NCBI RefSeq assembly: GCF_009834535.1
Contig: NC_045696.1
Location: forward strand, 85,934,001 to 85,998,000
Length of the DNA: 64,000 nucleotides
Direction of reading: 5' to 3'
Source: Camelus ferus
Taxonomy: Eukaryota
The notes beneath the pieces were generated by a model. It saw only the letters and a list, made by a program, of their open reading frames with translations, ran no database searches and was not told the origin of the DNA. Below, piece after piece: positions 51,272-64,000 of the stretch; position 1 is the first letter of the stretch; each line of letters starts with the position of its first letter. Both the position numbers and the translations under genes were made by a program.

Positions 51272-52219
51272 ACCTAAAAAAGCAATTCTCCAATGAAGAC
51301 ATACAAATGGCTAATAAGCACGTGAAAAAATACTCAATATCACTAATTATCAGAGAAATGCCTATCAAAACTACAGTGAGGCATCACCTCACATCAGTCA
51401 GAATGGCCATCATTAAAAAAGTCCACAAATGACAAATGTTGAAGAGGATGTGGAGGAAAGGGAACCCTCCTACACTGCTGGTGGGAATGTAGTTTGGTGC
51501 AGCCAGCATGGAAAACAGTATGGAGATTCCTCAGAAGACTAAAAATAGACTTACCATATGATCCAGGAATCCCACCCCTGGGCATATATCTGGAGGGATC
51601 TCCAATTCAAAAAGATACGTGCACCCAAATGTTCATAGCAGCACTGTATACAATAGCCAAGACATAGAAACAACCTAAATGTCCATTGACAGATAACTGG
51701 ATGAAGAAGTTGTGGTATATTTATACAGTGGAATATTACTGAGCCATAGAAAGAATAAAATAGTGCCATTTGCAGCAACATGGATGGACCTGGAGATTGT
51801 CATTCTAAATGAAGTAAGCCATAAAGAGAAAGAAAAATACTATGTGATATCACTCATATGTGGAATCAAAAAAAAAAAAAAAAGAATAAAGAAAGAGAAA
51901 AAAAGAAGATACTAATGAACTCATCTACAAAACAGAAACAGACTCACAGACATAGTAAACAATTTTATGGTTACTTGGGGGAAGGGGATGGGAAGGGATA
52001 AATTTGGGAGTTTGAGATTTATGAAGGTTAATCACTATATATAAAAATAGATTAAGCAAATAGATTTCTTGTAATATCTTCAATATCTTGTAATAACCTT
52101 TAATGAGAAAGAATATGGAAATGAATATATGTATATATATGCATGACTGGGACTTTATGCTGTACACAAGAAACTGACACATTAGAACTGACTCTACTTC
52201 AATAAAAAAAAAAAAAAAA
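51272..52219 (+). mobile_element. Young 5'-truncated L1 (cetartiodactyl/camelid-type 3' UTR) with poly(A) tail
   Basis: ORF2 end [31 protein letters not shown], then a frameshift and stop; 3' UTR 'gaactcatctacaaaacagaaacagactcacagaca', 'gggataaatttgggagtttgagatt'; AATAAA plus A-tail. Confidence 0.95.
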
Positions 52220-54564
52220 GATTACTAATTGGGTATCTGCAAGACCAACCAACTATTATTGAAGAGAAACTCAAAGAGTTTTGTGAGTTTGCTTGTGCAT
52301 ACTAGGATATAGAATGGTACCAAAGGATACCTAGATGGCAGTGTGTGAATAACACAGTACAAATTATTGCTTTTGACTAAAAAGTACTACCAAGTCTATG
52401 TGAGTAGGAAGTCATCAACTATGAGAGAAAATGTTGGAAGCTAATAGGAGTTTCCAGTATTCATTTGGTATAAATAGTTACTGTTTCCTTTGTCTTTTCA
52501 GATTTGTGCCCTGTAAACACAGGGGGGAAAAAGTACAAAAATTACTTTTTTATTATAATAGCAAAGTATATTAGGTTTCACAGCATAATTTAAGTTATCA
52601 AAAGTAATATTGAGTTGCTGGTTGCAACATAATTGCAATAATATTTTCCCCATGAAAAGCTATGCTGGCATTTATCAATAAATACTTTTAAATTGCAGAT
52701 GCTAACCCCAAGATTAACAACTTTATTTGTAAAAACAATAAGACACGTAAGAGGACACTGGGATGGATCCCGTGAAACTATATAAATATCAAAATTTGTT
52801 TGATTTATCAAATAACTAATATAATAGTACAGTTCAGCCAAGAGTATTAGAAACTATATGTGCAAACAGAATGAACAACAGCACTTTCATGACTGAGATT
52901 ACATCAATTTACTACTTTAAAAAAAGAAAATTTATTTACTTATTTAAGAGACATTTATTGGAAGACTTCTCTGAATACAAATCTCCACACGGCTGTCTTT
53001 GTGCTATTGAAATGTACAATCAAACAGGGCCCTATTTAAAAAAACTTCACTTTGATTGGAAGCAAAAAAAGATATGTAGTTGTGTTTCCATGAACATTCA
53101 ACTCTGGGATAAAATTAGAAGCCAACTATTACAAAACCACAATATTTCCAAGTCTCCACGTTTGGTAAATGTATCTGTGATTGTTTTATACTAAGACGGA
53201 CAAAAGAACAATTTTATCACATCTGTGCTCCATGACATTTGTTTTATATCTCCTTTTTCATTAGCTCCTTACAGTTTTGCCCCTTATCCTGCCAATTAAA
53301 AAAATACACAATCATCACCGGCTTTGTACCAAGCACTATGCTGGTCACTGGGTCTATGACAATAAACAAAACTGAAAAATCATCTGTACCTTCATAAAGT
53401 TTACTGTCTAATGGCAGGCACATAATTAAACATAAAGAATTATTAAAAACTGATTTAAATGCATTGACGGGAGAGAGCAGAATATTAAGGTACAGGGATT
53501 GTGTTTAGATCTGAAAAACCTTAGAAAAATTGTATTCCTGGTAAGCCCCGAGATCTTCATAAAAATATAACTCTCTGGTCATCGAGACTTTGCCTGAATG
53601 CCTTAAATGTAAATACAATACCATTTAATATTAAAATGTAAAAATGTTAAGAAACAATGCAAAGACTAAATGATAATATAAGATATCCATGCACAAAATT
53701 ACGAAGCAATGATGTGTGATGGCTGAACAATGGTATTAGTTATTAGTGTCATGATACTCTCAGGAAAAGATACTATTATTGTTATTATTTTTTTTTGACT
53801 GGAGTGGACAGATTAATTTTAATGAAAGGTGTTCTCATTTAGCTGAATCTGTACACTATGCAGGGGCAGAAGAAAGAGATCCTGACACATATACAGTGCA
53901 TTACTTTTTAACACAAAACAAAACCAAATATAACAATGACAAAATGATGTAACAAAAGAAATTGACATTTTTGAAATTTGGAGAACTTTTTCTGCTTTTT
54001 GAAGTTAAATTTCAAGCAGTTATGTCTGTTCTGCTTGCTTGTCAGTTTTCTCATTTTACAGCATCACATTATGTGTATGAGGAAGCAAATGTGGTGGAAG
54101 AATATGAAACTGAGAATGATAGGAAAAGCAATTTATTCATTACATCCAGCCGTCGAAACAAAAGATTTAATTTGTCCCATGCAAAGTAAGGCTATTTTAG
54201 CATCAAAACATACTTAATCTGGTGAGCAATGACACAAGAGATAACAAATGTCTGTGTCTCAACAGTCTCACCTAAATATGCATTTCTGTTTCTTTGATGT
54301 GTAGTGGAGTCCTGCAAAAGCAAAATGAGGGTTTGTGCTACCATGATCATGCATTTCTAATACATTTTTATGTGATGCTGATGCTCTGGACTAAGGATCA
54401 CAATTTGAGCACTGTTTCTCTAAACACTGATTGTCTCTATGCCTTTTTCCCTCTACTCTCTTTGCTGAGCATCACTTTGATTACCTTCAGTTTTTAATTT
54501 TTATTAAAAGTCAAATGATACTTTAAAAATAAGTCCTAATTCTTCCAGGAAAAATTTGTTTTTC

Positions 54565-54894
54565 CTTTATTTTTTTTCTTTTTTCCTACTTTTTAAAAAA
54601 ATATTTGATCTACAATGTGTTAATTTCTGGTGAATAGCATAGTGATTCATTTATACACATATATATATGTATTTCTTTTTCATTATAGGATATTATAAGG
54701 TATTGAATATAGTTCCCTGGGCTGTACAGTAGGACCTTGTTTATTTTACATTCAGTAGTTAGCATCTGCAAATCCTGAACTTACAGTCTCACAGTCTATC
54801 CCTCCCTACTTCCCTTCCCCCGCAGGTAAGCATAAGTTTGTTTTCTGTGTCTGAGAGTCTGTCTCTGTCTATAAATAAGTTCATTTGTTTTCAT
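54565..54894 (-). mobile_element. Short L1 3' UTR insertion (cetartiodactyl-type)
   Basis: T-rich tail; 'tattgaatatagttccctgggctgtacagtaggaccttgtt', 'cataagtttgttttctgtgtctgagagtctg'. Confidence 0.88.
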
Positions 54895-56349
54895 AAGAAG
54901 TCAGTCTTTTTTTCCTATGACACTTAGACAAATACCTTTGACATGAGACTCATTATCTCATATTATAATTGTTTGTTTATATAACTGTCACATCCTGTTA
55001 GATTTGAACTTTTCCCTTTCAGTCAACTGAATCCCCCTGGGGGAAGAGGGGTGTCCCTGAATGACACTGGACTCCTGGAGAAAAAAGAGGTTCCTAAAAT
55101 GCAAATCACCGAGTGGATAAATGGGACAAACAAAGTCAAAGGGCCCTTCATGGCTTGACTTCTTGACCTGGATATTGATCTCAAGATAAATGTAAAGCTG
55201 AGCCTGTCAGTTACTTGACCATGTGCTCTCCACCCCTCCCACTGTTAACTTCAGATGCACATATGCTCAAATCCACAGTTGCGCTTCTGTGATAGTCTGA
55301 GAAGAACAGTATGGGACAAAAGAAAGAACTGTTTCCCTAAAACAGAAATGAGAATAAAAAGGAGAAAAATATTCTTCTCTGTTAATGAGATGAGAGGACT
55401 CTTCTGGAGTATGTTAAGTATTTGTCTAGTGCAGCTTTGCAGAGGAACCTGCAAGCGTATCATGTACGAACCTGCAGATAACAAAGTATATGGAATGTGA
55501 AGAGTACAGAATTTGATAATGAGAAGACAAAGACATTGCCCAAATCAGAAGAAAATGTTGATAACAGAGAAGGCATCTACTTATACTTTGTGATGTTCAT
55601 TTACACTGCTCCATTTCAGGATTTCCCTTCTCAGCCAAGCGGATATTCATCCAAATGTGTTTTAACACATCAACTACATAAATAGACATATCATAATATC
55701 ACAAGATTCAGACCTAGATGGAAGCTTAGATATCAGATAGTGTATGAATGTGGATTAAATATTATGGAAGATCTAAAAACTCCTATTGGTATAGAAGAAG
55801 AGCATGGCAAAAATGAGACTCAACATTTATTACTAATTTTCAATACATTTTCTGTTTCTCAGGAAAGAGAACTGTTATTGGCACAATGAAGTATACAGGG
55901 GTTTTTGCTAGCACCACTTACTTTAGTATTTGGAGTAAAAATGGGGACAAAAACATTGCACTGGGATTTCATCCTCCTCAAGTTTAAGAATTTAAAATTA
56001 CTTGAATGTAAACTGTAAGAAATACAGATTCAAGGAAATTTTATTAATATGGTATAAAGTCAGAAGAGAGAAATATTGTTTCACACATGAATTGTTTAAA
56101 TATGGCTTTAAGTAAATCAAGGACTTCATAGTAAGTCTCTCTAATATGTAATTTTCCACAAATAACATATGGATTTATAAGTACAGTATTCAAATCAGGT
56201 AAAGTTTCCTGCACAGCTGTTCATATATTAATTTGGTAGCAAAAATATTTATTTTTTTAATGTCTGCTTTGTTTTGTTTCAGTTGTCTACATGCACTCAT
56301 GTATATACCTTTTCTACCCGCATTCTAAACATATCTTTTTTTTCCTGTT

Positions 56350-57905
56350 TGTAAGGTTTAGTGCATAGTCCTGCTTCCCCTCCTCACATGGAGTTTAAAC
56401 CCCACTGGTTTAAAGGAGGAAAAGGTCAATAAAGAAATAAATATATAACTTGGGATCAGGAAGTGCTATAGAATATTTGGTAGCTGAAATGATAGAACTA
56501 CTGGCTACAAGAGTTATTTTAGATAGAACTGTCAGGGAGAGACTTTCTGAGGAGGTGGCATTAGAGCCAAGACATAAATGAAAAAAGGAAGAAAGCTGAT
56601 GCATTTTGAGTTGTCTGTCTCACAGGTAACTCAAATGTGAAATTCTCATTTCCCACTTTAGGCATGTTGCCCAGCCACTGGACCTCCCCATCTCCGCAAA
56701 CAGTATTGTTATTCTCCAAGTTTAAGTTAGAATTATAAAGTCAACTTTAATGCCTGACTATTCGACCCTCAAATACATTTATCTTGAATCTTACCACCTT
56801 TCTCCAAGTTCACTGGTAGAACCGTACCATAGTCCCATCATCTTGCAAAAGGGATGTTACAGTAGCCCCACGTGGTCTACCAGCACCCATTCTGGATCCC
56901 TCTTATCTCTCTTCTGTGCTATCCTCTGAACTTGATCAAACTTCAGTCAAGGCATGTGAGTCTCTCCTGTTCAAAGCCTAACCACTGCTCCTATGATGAG
57001 GATGCAGCTTTTTAGCAGTGAATATTAGGCCTCAACTTTTCTCGTCACCCTTGTCACACAAGCTCCCCTCAGTCTACTCTTTCTCATCACAATGGTCTCT
57101 TTTCACTTCCTTCTTACATTTCCTACCACCATAGGGTTTATTCTGCATCTCTGTTTTCTTCCCCTTGGAAAATCCTTTCATTTCCCCTTGATCAAGCCAA
57201 CATATTCTCCTTTATAAGATCTCAGCAGTTTCCCCTCCCTAGGGACTTCCCTTTTTCACTTTTCATCAAAAGCAGCTTTTCATTCATAGCATTTTTGTGG
57301 ACCCATTTTATCTACATTTGTTTGTGTGCCAGTGTGATTACTGTGTTTCTTTCCCATGAGACTATAAGTCCTTCAAAGGTGCATGCCAGACATGTTTTTC
57401 CAAAATTGGTTTACTAGTGAATTGAGGAAGTATTCACTGAATGAAAGAACTAATTAATCAATTAACTAGTGGACTTCTAGCACTCTTCCCTTACCTACTA
57501 CAGTTTACATACATGGTCTTTTTTTCTGGAATCTTCTAGGCTCTTTTCAGTGCAGGGGTTTTGCACACGCTATTGTCTCTGTCTGGAGCAGTCTTCACAT
57601 TCTGGGTTCTCTTCACAATTCATGTCTTAGCTCAGTTAACATCTTCACAGAGAAGGCTTCACATCTCAACTTCTTCAAGTTTATAACCTTCTTTTCCTCC
57701 TGCTCTGCTTGTCTCTTTCAAAAATTGTACTAATTTTACAAGTACATAATTAATTTATCATTTCTTTTTGATTATGTTGTCCAGTAGACTATGAATTCTA
57801 CAGTGGTGAAGACATGCTTGATGCGGTCACTGTTGAAACTCCAGTGATTAGCATAGTTGTTCATGCATATTAGACACAATAATATTTTGAGTGAAAAAAT
57901 GAGTA
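56350..57905. mobile_element. L2 fragments (minus ~56350-56605, plus ~56605-57905)
   Basis: 'gtcagggagagactttctgaggaggtggcatt' (minus); 'ccagtagactatgaattc...gattagcatag' (plus). Confidence 0.65.
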
Positions 57906-58049
57906 AAAAAACCAAAAACTAACAAACTATCTGGGAAATACGCTGTAATAAATTTCATATTACTCCCCCAGCAACAGCACAGTGTGTTAGTAAAGGGACT
58001 GGTTATGACAAAGCAGTATAGATATGTAACATGCTCATTTTCCCATAGA

Positions 58050-58960
58050 TGTTGGTTTCTCTCTAAGTCTCACAGTCCCTCAGTTTGGGTTTGGCTGATA
58101 CTGTCTCATGATTAAATTTGGGTTTTAGATTTGAGGGAATAATGCCACATAGGTAAAGTGCCCCCCTCAAGATATCGTATCAGCAGGTAGTTGATACCAC
58201 CTTGACTACTGGCAACGTTAAACTCAATAACTTGGATAAGATAGTGCCTGTCAGGTTTCTCCACTGTAAAAGTCACTGTTTTCCTTTTCACACTCTGTTC
58301 AGAAGAAGCGAGTCACTAAATCCAGCCCACAAGGAAGAGGATTAGAATTCAACTCCATCTTCAAGAAGAAAAAGTATCAAAGAATTTGTAGACATGTGTT
58401 AGAACCATCATAATAGTTAATATAATGGGAGAGAAAGTTTGAGAATATACAAATATCCTGTCTCCCCTTGAAGTTTAGCCTAATAATTTTAACAGATATA
58501 AATGGATCTTGCCCAAAGCAATTATTACTATATGTCTCTAATTACTATACAGTTATTATTTGAAATTCTTCTGTAGGGAAGGTTTGTTATTTTTCCCACT
58601 TTGTATGTTTACTCAATCATTTATTTATATCATTATGAACTTGTGGATAATTCTTTTACTCTTAGGGCTTTAATACAAAACTGCTTTTATTTTACTACTT
58701 AAATTGTTCCAGTTTGGGCCACTGGAGGTGTGCTCCAGCTGGCACTTATATTCTTCACCTTTTTTTTTTTTTTTTTAGCATTTTCTTCCTTTCTAGCACT
58801 ATGATTTGCTACAGGCTCATTTTGTATTTTCCCTTTACCAGCCGTAAAATTAACTATTTCCTGAGGAGCCTTTGTCCTTTTATTGAAGACTGACATAAAG
58901 AAACTAAGACCTGGTGCTGTGTGAGCTCTTTGCTACTGAGGTCTTACTGTTCTGAATCCT
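58050..58960 (-). mobile_element. L1MC/L1MD-type 3' UTR fragment
   Basis: 'tcaggtttctccactgtaaaagtcact', 'aaattgttccagtttgggccactggag'. Confidence 0.85.
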
Positions 58961-59489
58961 TTCCAGCATTTTAGTCATTCTCATAAGGATGTAGTTATAT
59001 CTCATTATGCTTTTAATATGCTGAATGTAGTTGAAAATCATGTGACTCAGTACACTTTAAAGATATTTTATGACTCCTAAATTAATTCTTTTGGATTGTC
59101 ACTACATGAAGCACATTATAATTATCAGTTTAGTGAATAAAATGGTACTTCGAGATTTATGAATCTGTCCAAGTGCAATATCTCTCTGTTGCTATGTTAC
59201 CATTGCTTTTGGCCCAAATGCTCTATGATTAATTTCTCATACTCTTTAGGTTCCTTTCCATGTTGCTGTTACTCAAAAGTGGACTTTTGGCCAAACCATG
59301 TAGAGTTATATTAAGTAATTTGAACTTACATAGCTAGTATTTTAATGGGGACTCGTTAAAATTAAGACTTTATTTTTTAGAGGCATTTTAGGATTTCATT
59401 CTTTACTTGCCTTTCTAGAAAACTTTTGAATGGTTTCCAAATGAAATTTGTTGGTATCCTTCTCAAAAGGCCCTTTCTCCACTTTCCCG

Positions 59490-59882
59490 CTCTTGATCCC
59501 TGTGATACTCCAGAATCTCTCTGACTACAGGAACCAAAATTCTTTTTTAGGCTAGCCCTTGGCCAAGACAGAGCTAAAGTTCCCCTCAGCTTGACTAACT
59601 TTAGACGGGCTTCCTCCTGAATATAAGCTCCTGGCTTCCCTTTTCTTAGAGCATTAGTTTCAGTAACTTGCAATTGTAAACTTTTACTCTGCCCCTTTGA
59701 GATGTAAATCTTCTTCCAGTCTTCCTCCAATTTTGCAAGTGAAGACTGTCTTTCTCAAGGGAAAGACATTCTCTGGGAGCCAACCTTTTGAAATCAGGAA
59801 AGATAGTACCCCTATTTTCCAGTCTTTCTGGAAAGGTAAAGCCTAACTTCAGTGAGCACCGGTCGGTAAACACAGGTAGTCA
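59490..59882 (+). mobile_element. MER31/MER67-like ERV1 LTR, truncated by the L1 on its right
   Basis: 'tctgcccctttgagatgtaaatcttc', 'tctttctcaagg', 'aggaaagatagtacccctat', 'gcctaacttc'. Confidence 0.75.
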
Positions 59883-59889
59883 GAAGCGA

Positions 59890-62800
59890 TGCAAATGAAA
59901 ACAAGTAGCATAAAATATTTAAAGGTTTGGGGGAAAAAACACAGCAAAACATAGAATTCTATATCCAGCAAAATCATCCTTCAAAAATAATGACGACATA
60001 AAGACTTTCTTAGACAAAGTGATAAAACTCAGCACCAGCAGAGCTGCACTGGAAGAAATGCTAAAAAGATCTTCTTCTAGCAGAAGTAAAATGATATTAG
60101 GTTTTAAAAATAAGAGCATCAGAGACAGAAAAAAATGAGCATAAATAAAATCATTTATATTCCTATTTGTAATTCATGTTATTTCTAAAAATAACTTAAA
60201 GTAATAATAAAACCTATGTATTGAATGATTATAGCATATGGAAAAGTGAAATGAATGACAGACGTGTCACTAGGGTAAGAGGTAGGAATAGGGAATAGTT
60301 TGCTATCAGGTGCCTGTACTACATATGAAATTATATAGTATTATTTGAAGATAAAAATGTAGAGTGTTGTTTCAAGACTAGAACATTTAATAAAGATGTA
60401 AAATTGATAAGATAAAAGAATAGACAAAATGGAACCATATAAAATGATCAATTAAACCAAAGAAGGCAGAAAAAGAGAATATAAAGAAACAACAAACAAA
60501 TGCAACAAATAGAAAACAGTTACAAACTCAGTAGATATTAATCCAACCATATCAATAAGCACCGTGAATGTGAATTGTCTAAACATGCAAATTAAAGAGA
60601 CAGAAATTGTTAGAGTAGATTAGAAAACAAGAACAAATAATAAGATCCAATTGTGCATTCTCCACGAGAAATCCACTGTAGTAATAAAGACTAAGATATT
60701 TGAAAAAACAAGAGCCTGGTGAAGAATATACCACTAATGAAAAGAAAGTCAGTGTCACTACATTAATTTTAGAGAAAACTGATTTTAGAACAGGGAAGAC
60801 TATAGTGGATAAAGAAGAGCATTACATAATAATAAAGGGATAGATTCTTCAAGAGACATAATAATCCTAACCATTTCTGGACCTAGAAAGAGTGTCAAAA
60901 TGCAGGGCAAAAGTGATAGATTTGAAAGAAGAAATAGATAATCTACTATTATAGTTGAAGACTTAAACACTTTTCTGTCAGTAACTGAAAGATCAAGGAA
61001 GCAGAAAATCTCTAAAAATAAAAATGGCTTGAACAACAGTATCAATCATTTTGATTTAATTGACATTTATAGGATATTGCATCAAACAACAGCAGAAAAC
61101 ACATTATTCTCAAACTCACATAGAACATTAACCAAGATAGACCACATTCTGGGGTATAAAATACACAATAACAAATTTGAAAGAATAGAAACCATATAAA
61201 GTATCTTCCCAGATCACAATGTAATCAAAAGAGAAATCAATAACAGAGAGAAAGCTGGAAAATCCCCAAATATTTGCAAATTAAATAACACAATTTGACA
61301 TAAGCCATGATTCAAAGAAGTCTGAAGAGAGATCTAAAAATATTTTGACCTAAACAAAAATACAACTTATCAAAAACTGTGCAATGCAGTGAAAGCAGTG
61401 ATTAGAGTGAAATTTACAGCATTATATGCAAGTATTAGAAAAGAAGAAATATGTAAAATCAATGACCTAATCTCTCACCTCACAGAGTCAAGGAGTATCA
61501 AGAGTAATTTATCTAGCAGATGAAGGAAAATTATACAGTTAGATCAGAAGTCAATAAAACTGAAAATAGGAAAAAATAGAGAAATTCAAAGGAACCAAAA
61601 GTTAATTCTTTGGAAAAAAAATCAGTACAATTCATAAAATCCTAGCCAGGCTAATGAACTGAAAAAGAGGGAAGGTATACATTACTATATCAGACATCTT
61701 AAATGTGTATTGCTAAGTGAATGAGGCCAGTATGAAAAGACTATCAACTTTACGATTCCATTTATATGACATTCTGGAAAAGACAAATATGTAGAGATCA
61801 GTGGTTTCCAGGAACTCAGGGGAGGGAATATTGAACTGTTGAAGCACAAGGGAATTTTTAGAGTAGAAAAAGTCTTCTGTGTGGTACTGCACTGATGGAT
61901 ACATGACACTAGGCATTTGTTGAAACTCAGTGCTTTACAGTAAAAGAGTGATTCTTAATGTATGCAAATTTTAAAATATCATTTAAGACGTCAGTGGATG
62001 ACAGAATGTAATGCAGAATGTAATAAAAATGTGTAAATGTATTGCAAACTTATGAAACAACTTCAAGGAAGGGAGTGGGGAGAAAGGTGCTGAACAAAGT
62101 AACTCTCTAAATGAGTGGAGTCTGTAAGACTAAAGGCAAACATAGCTGCCTATAAACACTGTGCTCCAGCTGACAAACTTGTGTCTGATAAGAATGCAGG
62201 TTAAGAATTCTACTACTGCTATATGTATGCATTGGAATTGAACAACAGAGTAATGGATGATGGATAGGAGCTAAGTTTCTCACTGTTAGAGTGGAGGTTT
62301 AAAGAAGGCTAAGATAATACACGTAGTATTAATGGGAGTTGCAGATACTAATATAAAAGATGTTTTATATATATGTATTGATATTTGTGTGATATATTTA
62401 TATGTGTGTGTATAGTTTGGTAAAAACAATAAACATATATTTCCTTGCTTTGTCACCTGAGAGGGCCTAGAAGCAATGACACCCCAGTAGCAATAAGCAC
62501 ACCTAGCACCTATATCTTGGTTTTAAATACCATTCTCCAATTAAAGGAAATAGGGCCCCTTGGAGATACAGCTGTTTGTAGGATTGGGATAAGACATGCA
62601 CAAGATAAGCCTGGAGAAACTTCTAGTGCCAAAAAAAGTTAAAGCATTTACATACATAGGGGTTATGTCAAATGCACACAGGAATCAATTGATAGAGCTC
62701 CAGTGACCAAAGCTGAAAAAGTTTGGGTAACAAACATATAAATTAGTTGAATTGGAACCCAAATGATGCAATAAACATTCTTGAGTCTATGCTGATACAA

Positions 62801-63400
62801 ATAAAAGATTAGATACATAAATAAATGGGGAGATAGACAACTCACTCATGTAGAAGAATTCAAAATAACTTAAGTGGGTATACTGCCTACAAGGAAGCAA
62901 ATCTCCCCACTGCTTAAGTATGGACTGTACATAGAGACTTCATTTCGAAGAGTATAGTTTGCAAAAGGAAAAGAAGAGTAACTTCACAATGGAGAAATCT
63001 GACAAATGCTACCTAGAGCCAAGTGACCAAGATTAACCTCAAAGGTAATAATTCATGCTGATGGTAGGTACCCTTGATGTGACAGGATGAGAATGTCTCT
63101 TCATCTTTGTGGTTTTCTTCCCAATAATATCCTGAATTGAATCATAAGGAAAACATCAAACAAATCCCAACTGAAGGACATTTTACAAAATATATGACCA
63201 GTACTCCTTAGAACTGTCAGTCATCAAAAATATGGAAAGTCTGAAAAACTGAAGCAGCTTAGAATAACCCAAAGAGATATGAAGACTAAATGAAATGTGT
63301 TACTCTCGATAGGATTGAAACTGGGTTTAAGGTACATGAGGATCTTCTATCTTCCCAAATTTTCTGTAAATTTAAGCCCTCTCTAAGATAAATATTAACT
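59890..63400 (+). mobile_element. L1MC/L1MD-type element: ORF1 end, endonuclease region, large internal deletion, long 3' UTR
   Basis: 'tagaattctatatccagcaaaatcatccttcaaaaat' (ORF1); 'aaccaagatagaccacattctgg' (TKIDHIL), 'cagatcacaatg' (DHN); jumps at ~61695 to 'cttaaatgtgtattgctaagtgaa'. Confidence 0.9.
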
Positions 63401-63494
63401 TAAATAATTTGTCACTTTATTTTTTTCTTTTATTTAAAGGAAAATAAGAAGTTTACTTAAAAAAAATACTGAAAAAAAAAAGAGGAGAGACTGA

Positions 63495-64000
63495 AAAGCA
63501 AAGCCCTAAAGGCATTAAACAACTCCCCCTGATCTGCTTATTTCTTACATTATCTCTATTTACTCCCCCTGACTTCATCCATTGGAAATCAGAGACCTCC
63601 TTGTTTCTCTAACACAGCCTGCTCCCACTTCAGGGCATTGGTTTTCCTCTCTGTTTAGAACGTTCTTCCCTTGCATGACTGACCGCTGACCTCCAAGTTT
63701 TTGTTCATATTTTGCTTTCTTGATGAGAACTACCTAGACTTCACTAATTAAATTGCAAGTTTTCCCCATCCTGCCATGCCAGTATCCCTTGCTGTATATT
63801 TATTTCATTTTACTGAATACTTTCTAACATAGTATATATTTTATGTGCTATGTTAATTATTTATGTTCCATACATAGCACTAGAATATGAGCTCTGCAAA
63901 GGTAGGAAACTTTATTACTTTCTTGAACATTTTCCCAGACAGTTCCTAGTCCATAATAGACACTCTATAAATATTTACTGAATGAGTAGAAGAATAAATT
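63495..64000 (+). mobile_element. L2 3' fragment
   Basis: 'cactagaatatgagctctgcaaaggtagg', tail 'ataaatatttactgaatgagt'. Confidence 0.8.

Noticed and set aside
51394..52182. ORFs containing '[14 protein letters not shown]' (similar ones at 30393 and 16314)
   Set aside because: Well-known L1-derived translations, not host genes.
51250..52240. Possible TSD of the young L1 ('tactgaatttgctacct' versus 'tactaattgggtatct')
   Set aside because: Too many mismatches for an element this young; not claimed.
52328..52343. CTCF-like CTAGATGGCAGT
   Set aside because: Lacks the 5' CCA of the core; weak match.
59377..59873. 117-aa and 75-aa minus-strand ORFs
   Set aside because: Antisense to the MER31/MER67-like LTR.
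1..64000. Prokaryote-style systems (CRISPR, operons, defence islands), tRNA, rRNA or snRNA genes, intact retroelement ORFs
   Set aside because: None seen; the sequence is mammalian and all retroelement coding remnants carry stops, frameshifts or truncations.

Overview
AT-rich mammalian (eutherian) non-coding DNA. There are no prokaryotic features and no protein-coding gene I can recognise. A large share of the window is interspersed repeats: ancient MIR and L2, L1 of several ages, MaLR/ERVL/ERV1 LTRs, and MER5A and Tigger-type DNA transposons. The young L1 3' UTRs look cetartiodactyl-type, and I see no Alu, B1/B2, Bov-tA, PRE-1 or Can-SINE, so the host is probably a camelid (inference). The ORF-track ORFs I could place are repeat-derived, microsatellite-derived or chance, except one overlapping a candidate exon. 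The best-supported unusual structures are: (1) a tailless 339-bp internal L1 fragment flanked by a perfect 9-bp duplication; (2) a deleted two-LTR ERVL provirus with a 5-bp TSD and gag remnant, nested in an L1 and carrying a younger LTR; (3) a twin-primed, 5'-inverted L1; (4) candidate spliced exons at 32090-32247 and 44835-44989, the latter in a ~5.5-kb repeat-poor block; (5) a 104-bp perfect alternating purine-pyrimidine tract. I found no convincing new biological system. Repeat family names are from recalled consensus motifs, not a database search, and boundaries are approximate unless a TSD or TIR is quoted.
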